From contig JAZOUQ010000039.1 in NCBI GenBank assembly GCA_045658185.1, forward strand, positions 7,702 through 71,701: a DNA stretch of 64,000 nucleotides, given 5' to 3'. Shown one piece after another: positions 39,678 through 49,077 of the stretch. A program made the translations under genes and the position numbers. The notes under the pieces are model-generated. The model ran no database searches, had not been told where the DNA came from, and saw only the letters and a program-made list of their open reading frames with translations. Every line of letters begins with the position of its first letter. Positions within the stretch are counted from its first letter, which is position 1. The stretch is from Eubacteriales bacterium (GTDB taxonomy: Bacteria; Bacillota; Clostridia; Oscillospirales; CAG-272).

Positions 39678-40823
39678 TTACATAAGCTTGAGATAAAGCT
39701 CTTTGATTTCTTCAACACTTGTTGCTCTGGGGTTACCGGGGCGGCAAGCATCATCGAAAGCGGACTGTGCAAGGAAGTCGATATCTTCGGGCTTAACGAT
39801 TTCCTTGAGGTCAGAAGGAATACCAACGTCTGTGGAGAGCTGTTTAACTGCATCAATAGCAGCTTTTCTTGCTTCTTCAAGAGTCATAGCATCAACACCG
39901 CAAACACCCATTGCCTTTGCGATATCTCTGTATTTTTCACCGGTTGCCGGTGCATTATATTCCATAACTGTGGGAAGAATGATTGCGTTAGCAACACCGT
40001 GAGGTGTATCGTAAAGAGCACCAAGGGGGTGAGCCATTGAGTGAACGATACCAAGGCCAACATTGGAGAAGCCCATACCAGCGATATACTGACCAAGAGC
40101 CATTCCTTCGCGTCCTTCGGGAGTATTGTCAACGGCACCGCGAAGATGTTTTGCGATAAGCTCGATAGCTTTGATGTGGAACATATCGCTCATTTCCCAA
40201 GCGCCTGCTGTGATATAACCCTCTATTGCGTGTGTGAGAGCATCCATACCGGTTGCTGCTGTAAGACCACGGGGCATAGAAGCCATCATATCGGGGTCAA
40301 CAACTGCTACTACGGGAATGTCGTGAACGTCAACACAAACCATCTTTCTGTTGTTTTCAGCATCTGTGATTACGTAGTTGATTGTAACTTCTGCAGCTGT
40401 TCCTGCTGTTGTGGGAACTGCGATGATGGGTGTGCACTTATTCTTTGTGGGAGCAACGCCCTCAAGAGAGCGAACATCTGAAAATTCAGGGTTTTCAATA
40501 ATGATACCGATTGCTTTTGCAGTGTCCATTGAAGAACCGCCACCGATTGCTACGATGCAATCAGCACCGCTTGCCTTAAATGCTTCAACACCTGTTTGAA
40601 CATTTTCGATTGTGGGATTGGGCTTGATGTTTGAATAAACATCATAAACGATATTTGCACCGTCAAGTACGTCTAATACCTTTTTTGTAACACCAAATTT
40701 GATAAGGTCGGGGTCTGAGCAAACAAATGCTTTTTTAAAACCACGTGCTTTGATTTCAGTTGCGATCTCAGCAATAACGCCCTTGCCGTGATAGGATGTT
40801 TCGTTAAGTACAAATCTTGCCAT
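39678..40823 (-). CDS. fucO: Lactaldehyde reductase / L-1,2-propanediol oxidoreductase (iron-containing alcohol dehydrogenase)
   Basis: The start MARFVLNETSYHGKG follows AAGGAGAA. Similarity to E. coli FucO runs nearly the full length (NPEFSDVRSLEG, PTTAGTAAEVTINYVITD, GVANAIILP, GEKYRDIAKAMG). Confidence 0.9.
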   Translation of the reverse strand: MARFVLNETSYHGKGVIAEIATEIKARGFKKAFVCSDPDLIKFGVTKKVLDVLDGANIVYDVYSNIKPNPTIENVQTGVEAFKASGADCIVAIGGGSSMDTAKAIGIIIENPEFSDVRSLEGVAPTKNKCTPIIAVPTTAGTAAEVTINYVITDAENNRKMVCVDVHDIPVVAVVDPDMMASMPRGLTAATGMDALTHAIEGYITAGAWEMSDMFHIKAIELIAKHLRGAVDNTPEGREGMALGQYIAGMGFSNVGLGIVHSMAHPLGALYDTPHGVANAIILPTVMEYNAPATGEKYRDIAKAMGVCGVDAMTLEEARKAAIDAVKQLSTDVGIPSDLKEIVKPEDIDFLAQSAFDDACRPGNPRATSVEEIKELYLKLM

Positions 40824-41089
40824 TTTTATATTCTCCTTAAAGAAAATTAAAGATTTATCAATCTTTTCTTTATTATACACCTTCTTCACGCTCGTGTCAA
40901 TGGGAAATACCAAAAATACACACCACGGCGTGGATTTCTTATTCTGAAGATTTTTGCAAAAAATCGCATTCTTTATCAACATGTGAATAATTTATGTAAT
41001 AAAACAAACACTAAAAAGGCAATAAAGATAAAAATTGAATCAATTTCATTTTGAATGCAAATTTTGCTGAAATTAAAGGAGGTTTATAT

Positions 41090-41653
41090 ATGAAAGCCAC
41101 AGGAATTGTGAGAAGGATAGACGACCTCGGGCGTGTCGTCATTCCTAAAGAAATCAGAAGAACAATGCGTATCCGCGAGGGCGACCCTCTTGAGATATAC
41201 ACAGACAGAGAAGGGGAGGTCATCTTTAAAAAGTATTCGCCTATAGGAGAGCTTTCCGTCTTTGCTTCCAAATATGCGGAAACCCTTCATAAAACCTGTA
41301 ACTTGTCGGTAATAATCAGCGACAGAGATGCGGTCATCGCAAGTGCGGGTGTTTCGAAGAAGGAGTATACCGACAAAAGCCTTTCCGAGGAAGCTGAAAG
41401 GATAATCGAGGGCAGAGGCTTTTACAGTTGGCGAGAGGGAACGGATAAGCTTCCCGTAATTGCCGACTCGGGCAGTCATTTTATAAGATGTGCTATGCCT
41501 ATCATCAGCGAGGGGGACGTCATTGGCTGTGTTGCCTCGGTTGCGGACAGCTCTCAGGACAGACCGCAGAGAGATACGTCCTATACCGTAGAGGCAGAGG
41601 CGAAGCTCATTCAAACTGCGGCAGGATTTCTCGGTCGCCATACCGAAGCGTAA
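41090..41653 (+). CDS. spoVT: Stage V sporulation protein T (AbrB-family regulator with GAF-like C-terminal domain)
   Basis: MKATGIVRRIDDLGRVVIPKEIRRTMRIREGDPLEIYTDREGEVIFKKYSP is the canonical SpoVT N-terminus. AAAGGAGG lies 7 nt upstream. Confidence 0.9.
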   Translation: MKATGIVRRIDDLGRVVIPKEIRRTMRIREGDPLEIYTDREGEVIFKKYSPIGELSVFASKYAETLHKTCNLSVIISDRDAVIASAGVSKKEYTDKSLSEEAERIIEGRGFYSWREGTDKLPVIADSGSHFIRCAMPIISEGDVIGCVASVADSSQDRPQRDTSYTVEAEAKLIQTAAGFLGRHTEA

Positions 41654-41656
41654 AAC

Positions 41657-41693
41657 AAAAAGCACAGAACCGAAAACGGTTCTGTGCTTTTTG
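41657..41693 (+). terminator. Intrinsic terminator after spoVT
   Basis: AAAAAGCACAGAACCG-aaaa-CGGTTCTGTGCTTTTT. Confidence 0.85.
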
Positions 41694-41721
41694 TATATTC
41701 TTGAAAATTTTCAAAAAAATG

Positions 41722-41750
41722 TTTACAAAAACAATATTTTGTGTTATACT
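41722..41750 (+). promoter_or_regulatory. Sigma-A promoter with no ORF immediately downstream
   Basis: TTTACA (41722-41727), a 17-nt spacer, then TGtTATACT (-10 at 41745-41750). Confidence 0.45.
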
Positions 41751-41756
41751 AAAAAT

Positions 41757-41893
41757 GCCAAACAAAATCAAATATTTAACCGTATTAAGGCATGCCATTT
41801 TTATTTTTTGGTAAAAATGTATATGCTCTACTTTTGCGTGCATTGATACGGTAAAAGATTTTGTTTGGCGACAATTGGAGCTATATGTTTTTC
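41757..41893 (+). ncRNA. Candidate structured small RNA or leader, family unknown
   Basis: A perfect 13-nt inverted repeat, GCCAAACAAAATC (41757-41769) with GATTTTGTTTGGC (41857-41869), encloses a second pair, ACCGTAT (41779-41785) with ATACGGT (41846-41852), and an inner CATTTTTA/TAAAAATG hairpin. The unit is bracketed by the promoter at 41722 and the strong terminator at 41894. Confidence 0.3.
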
Positions 41894-41930
41894 GGTGCGT
41901 ATGGCTTCGGCTATACGCACCTTTTTATTT
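41894..41930 (+). terminator. Strong intrinsic terminator (12-bp stem, UUCG tetraloop)
   Basis: GGTGCGTATGGC-TTCG-GCTATACGCACC followed by TTTTTATTT. Confidence 0.8.
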
Positions 41931-41968
41931 ATCAATTTATAGTTTACATGATTTCTACTAAGAGGTTA

Positions 41969-41997
41969 TTTACTTTGTTGCGTATATGTGGTATAAT
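41969..41997 (+). promoter_or_regulatory. Sigma-A promoter of the XRE regulator and ABC exporter genes
   Basis: TTTACT (41969-41974), a 17-nt spacer, then TGgTATAAT (-10 at 41992-41997). Confidence 0.5.
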
Positions 41998-42021
41998 TTT
42001 ACTAATTCAGGAGATGGATTT

Positions 42022-42240
42022 ATGCAAAAGAATAATATGATCGGGCTGAAAATCGCACATTACAGGAAGCGGTGCGGACTTACACAGGAAAAGTTAGCCA
42101 AGAGAGTAGGAGTAACCTCTCAGGCGGTATCCAAATGGGAGCAACAGCTAAGTTGTCCAGATATTATGCTTTTGCCCGAGCTTGCAAAGATCTTCGGTGT
42201 AACCATTGATGAGCTGTTTGAGGACACAAGTGAAGAATAA
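42022..42240 (+). CDS. XRE-family HTH transcriptional regulator (HTH domain only)
   Basis: MQKNNMIGLKIAHYRKRCGLTQEKLAKRVGVTSQAVSKWEQ... 72 aa. The start follows GGAGATGG. Confidence 0.8.
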   Translation: MQKNNMIGLKIAHYRKRCGLTQEKLAKRVGVTSQAVSKWEQQLSCPDIMLLPELAKIFGVTIDELFEDTSEE

Positions 42241-42313
42241 TAAAAAATCCCCAACCTTTTTCCAAAATCCGCGACTATATTAGTAGATAGAGCGATTACT
42301 TAAAGGAGAAACG

Positions 42314-44149
42314 ATGAAAAAAGTAAAAGAACAAAAGAAAAAAAGGATAGATTGGAAGCGAACGTTTAAGAACAACGGATATATGCTTAGGCTTATTTTC
42401 AAAGCCTGTCCCGCAGTACCTATATTGGTTTTTATTCATGCCATAATTGGTGCGGTTAACGGATTTTTGTTTAATACATATCTTTATCAATACGCCCTTA
42501 ACGCACTGCAAGAGGGTAAGGAATTAAAAACAATTCTGATAACACTGGGCTGTATGTTCTTGTTTTCGATTGTGTCTATGATTTTTCACAACCTCAAAAA
42601 TTACTATCTTCAGATCAAGCATCCGCAGGTAGACGCATATATTCACAATCTGCTTCAAAAGAAGGCAGTGGAGGTGGATCTGGCGTGCTTTGAAAATTCC
42701 TCGTTTTACGATACTTACGTTAAAGCTACTAGCGAGGCTACTGACAGAGCGTACGCTGTTTTGTGGGATATTTCCGACGTTATCTGGATAGTTGTTAACG
42801 TTGTCGCGGTCGGTACTTTAATTATCACCATTGACCCCATATTCCTTCTTCTTGCGTTTTTGCCGCTTATATGTACACTTCTTATCGGTAAAAAGCGTAA
42901 CCGTATCCGATACGAATACAGTATGAGAAACAAGGAGATAGCAAGACAGCGTGACTACGTACGCAGAACCTTTTACCTTAACGACTTTTCCAAGGAAATG
43001 CGACTTACGGAAATGTGGAAGGTAATGTTTAAGCGTATGCACTCAAGCGTAGCGGAGATGAAGGAGATCGTAAACAAGTACGGCTATAAGCTGATGTTCT
43101 TCCGCTATTTGTTTGATTTCATCTTTGACGTGGTAGTCTATACGGGTACTATCATTCTTGCGGCATTTAAGACCTTGGTGCTGAAAAATATGCTTCTCGG
43201 AGATTGCTTTGTTGTAATAAATTCAATAAACAACATATCGGGAAACATAAACTATATGGGAGACGTATTCTTTAAGCTTGACGAGAACTCGCTCTACATC
43301 GACAATTTCCGTGACTTTATGGAGTACGAGGTACATATTGCCGAGGACGAAAACGCACCTTTAGCTCCGTCCTTTGAAACGCTTGAGTTAAAGAATATGA
43401 CCTTTTCGTATGAGGGGCAGAAAGCTCCCGCCCTGTCAAACGTAAATCTGACGGTAAGGGCAGGGGAGAAGATAGCTATCGTTGGACACAACGGTGCGGG
43501 AAAGACCACGCTTGTAAAGCTCTTGCAACGCTTGTATGACCCGTGCGAGGGCGAGATACTTGTCAACGGAGAAAACATCAAGAATTACCGTCTTTCATCT
43601 TACCGTGATCTTTTTGGAACGGTATTTCAGGATTATCACCTTTTCGCAACCACAGTTGCAGAGAACGTATTGCTTCGCGGAGATATTACCGACGAGGATA
43701 GAGCAATAGTGGAGGAGGCACTTAAAAGATCGGGAATATACGAAAAAGTCCAAACTCTCCCGAAGGGCGTTGACTCCAACGTAACAAGAGAGTTTGACAG
43801 CGATGGAGCAATGTTCTCGGGCGGCGAGGCACAGAAAATATCTATCGCAAGAATATTTGCGGGTAAGCAAGAGATAGTTATTATGGACGAGCCAACCTCT
43901 GCTCTCGACCCTATTGCGGAACAGGAAATGTACAACAATATGTTTGAAGCCTGTGAGGGTAAAACGGTAATATTTATCTCCCACAGACTTTCAAGTGCCA
44001 CTATGGCAGACCGTATCTATATGTTTGAAAATGGCGAGATAATCGAAGAGGGCAAGCATATAGAGCTTCTCGCTATGAACGGCAAATATGCTGATATGTG
44101 GCACAAGCAAGCGGACACCTATGCTGATGCAGAGGAGGTGAGGGAATGA
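42314..44149 (+). CDS. ABC exporter half-transporter (TMD-NBD), subunit 1 of a probable heterodimer
   Basis: 611 aa with six N-terminal TM helices. Walker A GHNGAGKTT, signature FSGGEAQK and Walker B IVIMDEPTS are present. Confidence 0.9.
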   Translation: MKKVKEQKKKRIDWKRTFKNNGYMLRLIFKACPAVPILVFIHAIIGAVNGFLFNTYLYQYALNALQEGKELKTILITLGCMFLFSIVSMIFHNLKNYYLQIKHPQVDAYIHNLLQKKAVEVDLACFENSSFYDTYVKATSEATDRAYAVLWDISDVIWIVVNVVAVGTLIITIDPIFLLLAFLPLICTLLIGKKRNRIRYEYSMRNKEIARQRDYVRRTFYLNDFSKEMRLTEMWKVMFKRMHSSVAEMKEIVNKYGYKLMFFRYLFDFIFDVVVYTGTIILAAFKTLVLKNMLLGDCFVVINSINNISGNINYMGDVFFKLDENSLYIDNFRDFMEYEVHIAEDENAPLAPSFETLELKNMTFSYEGQKAPALSNVNLTVRAGEKIAIVGHNGAGKTTLVKLLQRLYDPCEGEILVNGENIKNYRLSSYRDLFGTVFQDYHLFATTVAENVLLRGDITDEDRAIVEEALKRSGIYEKVQTLPKGVDSNVTREFDSDGAMFSGGEAQKISIARIFAGKQEIVIMDEPTSALDPIAEQEMYNNMFEACEGKTVIFISHRLSSATMADRIYMFENGEIIEEGKHIELLAMNGKYADMWHKQADTYADAEEVRE

Positions 44150-45975
44150 GTAAAGATAAAAAGGATAATAAAAACAAAAAAGAAAAGCATGATCCCATAA
44201 GAGTTTCAAAAAATCTGTGGTTTATGCTGAAATATTGCTTTAAGTACGCTCCCTCATACACCTTTGTCACTTTGGGAGAAGCCTTCGGACGGGGCGGATG
44301 GCATATTATCAGTGTGCTGTTTACCAAGTATCTGTTTGACTCCATAGAGGCGGGAATTGAATTTAAGATCATACTTTGCTGGATATTGGCTGTTGCCGCA
44401 TATAACGCAGTATTTGAGCTTTTCAATAAATGGCGTCTTGAGGTCTACGTTCCCAAGGTCAGACTGATACTCCACGAGGGAATACAGAACGAGCTGTATG
44501 AGAAGGCTCGTGAGCTTGACCAAAGCTGTTACGACGACCCCGAATTCTACAACGATTTTATTTGGGCAATACAGCATTCGGACAACCGTGCAGTTCAGAT
44601 AATGGAGAATTTCAGTATCTTCATCAATCGCGTGGTGTCAAGTGCGGTCATCCTCGGAGTACTTGCGGCTATGGATTGGGTGGTAGCGGTTGCATTGCTC
44701 GTTTCCGTTTGTATTGGATATGTTCTCAAAAACTTACAAAATAAGATCATCTACAAGAAAAACATTGAGATGAACCCCATTGACCGTAAGCTGGGATATA
44801 TCAAACGCGTATTTTATCTTCAGGATTACGCTAAGGAGCTCAGACAGGGCGACATCGCGGAGCATTTAATAGACGACTATCAAGCTACTACCGAGAAGAA
44901 GGTAGGATGTATAAAAAAATATCTAAAGAAATGTCTTGGTATTTGGATAGCATACGATATGCTTACCAGCGTTCTTCCCCAATCGGGTGTTGTATCCTAT
45001 CTCATAGTTCGTTATATAGTAGATCCCACTCTGTCTTTGGGTAGCTTTTCCGCAAGCATCACTGCAACCTTCAAGCTTTATTGGACGCTCAATGACATAG
45101 GAAATTATCTAAATAAATTCAACGATCACAGTCTTTACATAGAAAAGGTCAAGAAATTTGTTGAGTATGAGCCTAAGATAAAGGGTAAGGAAACAGAAGT
45201 TCCGTCCTTTGAATCGCTTACTATAAAGAACGTCGATTTTGCGTATCCTTTCACAAAGGACAACAAAAAGACGCTGAAAGGACTTGATCTTGAAATAAAG
45301 AAGGGTGAAAAAGTTGCGTTTGTTGGATATAACGGTGCGGGTAAGACTACTCTTATCAAACTGCTTATGCGATTGTACGATACCACAAGCGGAGAGATTC
45401 TTTACAACGGACGAAATATAAAGGATTTTGTCCCTGAAAAATACCGTGAGCATATCGGTGCGGTATTTCAGGATTACAAGGTCTTTGCCGCAACGGTGGC
45501 AGAGAACGTAATGGGCGGCGAATATACCGAAGCGGACGAGCAAACTGTACTGTCTGCTCTGTGTGCGGCATCCTTTGAGGAAAAGTTGAAGAAGCTCCCC
45601 AACGGAATACATTCTCAACTAACTACGGAGTTCAGCAAAGAGGGCGTTGGTCTTTCGGGCGGTGAATCGCAGAAGATAGCCATAGCGCGTGTTTTTGCAA
45701 GACCCTTTGAGCTTATTATTATGGACGAGCCGTCAAGTGCCCTCGACCCTATTGCGGAGTATGAGCTTAACCAATCTATACTTGAAAACGCAGAGGGAAG
45801 AACGGTAATATTCATTTCTCACAGACTTTCCACCACCCGAATGGCGGACACAATTTATATGTTCGACGGTGGTGAGATCGTTGAGAGCGGTTCTCACGAT
45901 GAGCTTATGAGTATGAACGGAAAGTACGCAGAAATGTACCGTATACAGGCGAAAAAGTATAAACAAGATTTTTAA
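44146..45975 (+). CDS. ABC exporter half-transporter (TMD-NBD), subunit 2
   Basis: 609 aa. Walker A GYNGAGKTT, signature LSGGESQK and Walker B LIIMDEPSS are present. It overlaps subunit 1 by 4 nt. Confidence 0.9.
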   Translation: MSKDKKDNKNKKEKHDPIRVSKNLWFMLKYCFKYAPSYTFVTLGEAFGRGGWHIISVLFTKYLFDSIEAGIEFKIILCWILAVAAYNAVFELFNKWRLEVYVPKVRLILHEGIQNELYEKARELDQSCYDDPEFYNDFIWAIQHSDNRAVQIMENFSIFINRVVSSAVILGVLAAMDWVVAVALLVSVCIGYVLKNLQNKIIYKKNIEMNPIDRKLGYIKRVFYLQDYAKELRQGDIAEHLIDDYQATTEKKVGCIKKYLKKCLGIWIAYDMLTSVLPQSGVVSYLIVRYIVDPTLSLGSFSASITATFKLYWTLNDIGNYLNKFNDHSLYIEKVKKFVEYEPKIKGKETEVPSFESLTIKNVDFAYPFTKDNKKTLKGLDLEIKKGEKVAFVGYNGAGKTTLIKLLMRLYDTTSGEILYNGRNIKDFVPEKYREHIGAVFQDYKVFAATVAENVMGGEYTEADEQTVLSALCAASFEEKLKKLPNGIHSQLTTEFSKEGVGLSGGESQKIAIARVFARPFELIIMDEPSSALDPIAEYELNQSILENAEGRTVIFISHRLSTTRMADTIYMFDGGEIVESGSHDELMSMNGKYAEMYRIQAKKYKQDF

Positions 45976-45981
45976 ATTGCC

Positions 45982-46014
45982 AAAGGAGCGAGTCTGTCTG
46001 ACTCGCTCCTTTGA
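45982..46014 (+). terminator. Intrinsic terminator after the ABC exporter pair
   Basis: AAAGGAGCGAGTC-tgtct-GACTCGCTCCTTT. The T-tail is short. Confidence 0.6.
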
Positions 46015-46078
46015 ATGTTACGGTTGACTTTCTCTGCCTCATATGATAAAATATATAAAACATCTGTCGGAGGCGTGA

Positions 46079-46855
46079 ATGTATAAATTAGACGTAACCG
46101 AATATAAAATAAACAGTAACTGCTTTGGGAAAAAGGTCAGATTTGCGATAGTATCCGATCTTCACAGCAAAAAAAGTTCGCAAATTGATAAGGTCATAGC
46201 TGCTTTAAGAAAAGCACAGCCCGACTACATACTTTGTCCCGGTGACATCTTTGAACGTCTTGACGGCTCGGAGGAGAACAGCAAACAGGCAGGATTTGAG
46301 CTTCTTCGTTCTGCTGCCACGATAGCTCCCACGTTTTATTCGATTGGAAATCACGAAAACGGCGGAATATGTTCTTGGAACGTATTCAAATGGATGCGAA
46401 TAGAATGCATTCCAAAGTATTACGATCCCGAAGATATTAAAAAAATTTGGGATACGGAGGCTGTTTTTCTTGATGACGGATTTGTTATCAAAGACGGGAT
46501 CGCCTTCGGCGGACTTTCCTCAGGGCTTATCAATAAAGAAAGGCGTCCAAACCTTGAATGGCTCGACGAATTTTGTGATTGTGATTGCCCAAAGGTGTTA
46601 CTGTGTCACCACCCCGAATATTATAAAAAATATCTTTCAGACAAGAACGTAGACCTTATCGTTTCGGGACATGCCCACGGCGGTCAATGGCGAATATTCG
46701 GCAGAGGAGTTTTCGCACCCGGGCAGGGAATATTCCCCAAATATACCTCGGGAATTCATTTCGGACGGTTAGTAATATCCCGCGGACTTAAGCCCTCGGG
46801 AAAAATACCGAGAATATTCAATCGCCCCGAGCTTGTAATAATAGACGTGGAGTGA
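46079..46855 (+). CDS. Calcineurin-like metallophosphoesterase
   Basis: 258 aa. SDLH, PGDIF, GNHE and SGHAHGG are the metallophosphoesterase motifs. Confidence 0.8.
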   Translation: MYKLDVTEYKINSNCFGKKVRFAIVSDLHSKKSSQIDKVIAALRKAQPDYILCPGDIFERLDGSEENSKQAGFELLRSAATIAPTFYSIGNHENGGICSWNVFKWMRIECIPKYYDPEDIKKIWDTEAVFLDDGFVIKDGIAFGGLSSGLINKERRPNLEWLDEFCDCDCPKVLLCHHPEYYKKYLSDKNVDLIVSGHAHGGQWRIFGRGVFAPGQGIFPKYTSGIHFGRLVISRGLKPSGKIPRIFNRPELVIIDVE

Positions 46856-46938
46856 TAAGCAAATATTATAAACATCTTGCAAATGTTTCTTTTATGTGTT
46901 ATAATTAATTCAGTAAAAACTATATACGGAGGTAAGAT

Positions 46939-47337
46939 ATGTCCGGTATTGAACAGTTTACGGAGATGTACCAAGCGATCCTTCATAACGTAGCGAAGAT
47001 AGCGGTTCATACCCTTGAGCTCATAGGAATTTTAATAATAGTAGTCGGCTCTATAAGGGCTATTGTCATTATGCTTTCAAGACTCAGAAAAAAGCAACCC
47101 GTAGACGTGATGGTCAATCTCGGAAGATCTTTGGCACTTGCTCTTGGATTTAAAATAGGAGCGGAGATCGTCAACACCGTTATCGTAAGAGACCTTAAGG
47201 AGCTGGGGATTCTTGCGATAGTAATTGCACTTCGTACGATACTTGCATTCTTGATACGTTGGGAAATTAATAATGAGAGAATGGATCTGCTGGAAAAAGA
47301 GAAACGAAAAAACGAACAGAATGACGCAGATCAGTGA
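46939..47337 (+). CDS. Small membrane protein (DUF1622-like)
   Basis: 132 aa. The pattern LELIGILIIVVGSIRA...LGRSLALALGFKIGAEIV...LAIVIALRTILAFLIRWE matches my recollection of the DUF1622 family. Confidence 0.65.
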   Translation: MSGIEQFTEMYQAILHNVAKIAVHTLELIGILIIVVGSIRAIVIMLSRLRKKQPVDVMVNLGRSLALALGFKIGAEIVNTVIVRDLKELGILAIVIALRTILAFLIRWEINNERMDLLEKEKRKNEQNDADQ

Positions 47338-47338
47338 T

Positions 47339-47375
47339 AAAAAAAGACATATTCAAACGAATATGTCTTTTTTAT
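47339..47375. terminator. Bidirectional terminator between the DUF1622-like gene and the convergent esterase gene
   Basis: AAAAAGACATATTC-aaac-GAATATGTCTTTTT. Confidence 0.8.
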
Positions 47376-47376
47376 T

Positions 47377-48216
47377 TTATCTGCTCTTTATCCACTTGGC
47401 AGCAAGTTCGGGCCAAGCGGCAGCACAGGGTTGAATAAAATTGGGGTTTTGTGCGGAGGATTCCTCGTTGCAAAGAGCCATACCGTGAACGCCCTCGGGG
47501 AAAATATGAGCCTCAAAGGGTATGTTTGCCTCGGTAAGTGCGTTCATAAAAATCAGTGAGTTTTTAACGGAAACGGTTTTATCGGCAAAGGTATGCCAGA
47601 TGAATGCGGGGGGAGTTGTTGAATCGACGTGCAGATCAAGGGAAAATCTTTTGATCTCTTCGGGTGTGAGTGCTTCAAATCCCTCTGACGGATCTCTGCC
47701 GTTGACACGAAGAGCCGTGCCGCCGTGCGAATATTTTCCGAGGGTGATTACGGGATAGCAAAGCACCATTCCGTCGGGGCGGTTGATACCTTCCTCGCAT
47801 TTGCCCGACGATACACCTACCGCATCACGAACCACTGGAATATTCCAAAGTGTACCCGAGGATGCTGCAAGATGCCCGCCTGCGGAAAAGCCAAGAATAA
47901 ATATTTTATTGGGGTCGGTATTATCCTCGTTTGCTCTCTGACGAACAAGTTTTATTGCTCTTGCTGCCTCTATAAGAGGAGCGTAATTACCCGCCTTTGC
48001 ACCAACCGAGTATTTGAGAAGAAAAACATTAAAGCCTTCTGCGAAAAAGCGACGAACGACAGGCTCTCCTTCACGGGGAGAAAGTCCTGCGTATCCGCCA
48101 CCCGGACAGACGATAACCGCGGCTCTGGGGGGAGCCTTGTAGCCTTGGTCACAAATGTAAGCGGTGAGAGATGCATCGGGGTATTCCTCACCGAGAGAAA
48201 AATTCTGATATAACAT
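47377..48216 (-). CDS. Alpha/beta-hydrolase esterase (acetyl-esterase/lipase-like)
   Basis: The start MLYQNFSL follows AGGAGC. The oxyanion motif CPGGGY, the nucleophile elbow GFSAGGH and a C-terminal His region are present. Confidence 0.8.
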   Translation of the reverse strand: MLYQNFSLGEEYPDASLTAYICDQGYKAPPRAAVIVCPGGGYAGLSPREGEPVVRRFFAEGFNVFLLKYSVGAKAGNYAPLIEAARAIKLVRQRANEDNTDPNKIFILGFSAGGHLAASSGTLWNIPVVRDAVGVSSGKCEEGINRPDGMVLCYPVITLGKYSHGGTALRVNGRDPSEGFEALTPEEIKRFSLDLHVDSTTPPAFIWHTFADKTVSVKNSLIFMNALTEANIPFEAHIFPEGVHGMALCNEESSAQNPNFIQPCAAAWPELAAKWIKSR

Positions 48217-48305
48217 AATGAAGCTCCTGAATTTATCTTGTTGGCTAATTATAGCATACATAGTTTGCCGAGTCAATAATTATAGGATTTTTTATCGAAA
48301 AGTTA

Positions 48306-48333
48306 TTGACAAAGATATAAAAAGTGATATAAT
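48306..48333 (+). promoter_or_regulatory. Sigma-A promoter of the THF riboswitch-folT-folC unit
   Basis: TTGACA (48306-48311), a 16-nt spacer, then TGaTATAAT (-10 at 48328-48333). Confidence 0.55.
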
Positions 48334-48353
48334 ATATCCATACAAAAAGTTGT

Positions 48354-48456
48354 AGAAGAGTAAGAATACCTGCGTGAAGTGTCCGTTGGACGGGGAGTTG
48401 TCAATGGAACGAAAAATCAAGGTTGATTTGCGGTCGGTATTCTGCATCCCGCTTCA
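48354..48456 (+). promoter_or_regulatory. THF (tetrahydrofolate) riboswitch aptamer
   Basis: It aligns block by block with the THF-I aptamer sequence I remember from Eubacterium siraeum: GAGUA, GCGUgAAGUGU, GGGGAGUUGUCA, ACGAA, GCGGU and UGCAUCCcGCU. P2 is AAGAAUACC / GGUAUUCU. It sits directly upstream of a folate ECF S-component. A downstream CCUUCUUU (about 48483-48490) could mask the SD AAAGGAGG. Confidence 0.8.
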
Positions 48457-48531
48457 TACGGCAAAAGGGTAGAATAGTAAGACCTTCTTTATCCCACGCC
48501 TATGCAGTTGAGGAAAAAGGAGGATTTTTTT

Positions 48532-49077
48532 ATGCGAAAAAGGAACAGCACCCTGTCAAGCATAACGACGGTAACCACAGCCGCAATGCTGGTGGCTATG
48601 AGCGTTGTGATAGGAATATTCTGCAAGACCTTTTTGAACTTCGGCATGGGTCTTTTCAGAATAACCTTTGAAAATTTGCCCATAATTTTATCGGGCATTA
48701 TGTTCGGCCCTGCCGTAGGCGGACTTGTGGGAGTATCATCTGACCTTGTGAGTTATCTTTTATCGGGACAGGCGTACCCTTTGAACGTTGTAGTCAGCCT
48801 CGGTGCTATGCTTGTTGGCGTGACCTCGGGCGTGTTCTCAAAATACGTTGTGAAGAAAAGAGGAACGGTACAGATAGTGCTTTCGGGTGCGATGGCACAT
48901 ATTATAGGTTCTATGATAATAAAGCCAATAGGACTTTATCAGTTTTACGGAATAGCGGTGCTTTGGCGTATACCGCTCTATCTTGTGATAGCCCCCTTGG
49001 AGATACTTCTGCTTTGTATACTTTTCAAAAGAGAAAGCTTCAGGCGTTTTGCCGACAGAAATAAGGAGAAACAATGA
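48532..49077 (+). CDS. folT: Folate-family ECF transporter S component
   Basis: The ATG at 48532 lies 7 nt after AAAGGAGGA. 181 aa with six TM helices (ITFENLPIILSGIMFGPAVGGLVG). The THF riboswitch lies upstream and folC downstream. Confidence 0.85.
   Translation: MRKRNSTLSSITTVTTAAMLVAMSVVIGIFCKTFLNFGMGLFRITFENLPIILSGIMFGPAVGGLVGVSSDLVSYLLSGQAYPLNVVVSLGAMLVGVTSGVFSKYVVKKRGTVQIVLSGAMAHIIGSMIIKPIGLYQFYGIAVLWRIPLYLVIAPLEILLLCILFKRESFRRFADRNKEKQ

Noticed and set aside
40955-40995. TTATCAACATGTGAATAA upstream of fucO as a possible Rex operator
   Set aside because: The two half-sites are not true inverted repeats of each other, and they match the TTGTGAA...TTCACAA consensus poorly. It needs a matrix scan before any claim.
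41885-42040. A 51-codon hydrophobic ORF (MFFGAYGFGYTHLFIYQFIVYMISTKRLF...) that could be a type I toxin or an exported peptide for the ABC pair
   Set aside because: Codons 4-12 form the stem of a very strong intrinsic terminator, so most transcripts should end before the ORF is complete. It also runs across the XRE promoter and start codon. I keep it only as a possible leader-peptide start within the attenuation hypothesis.
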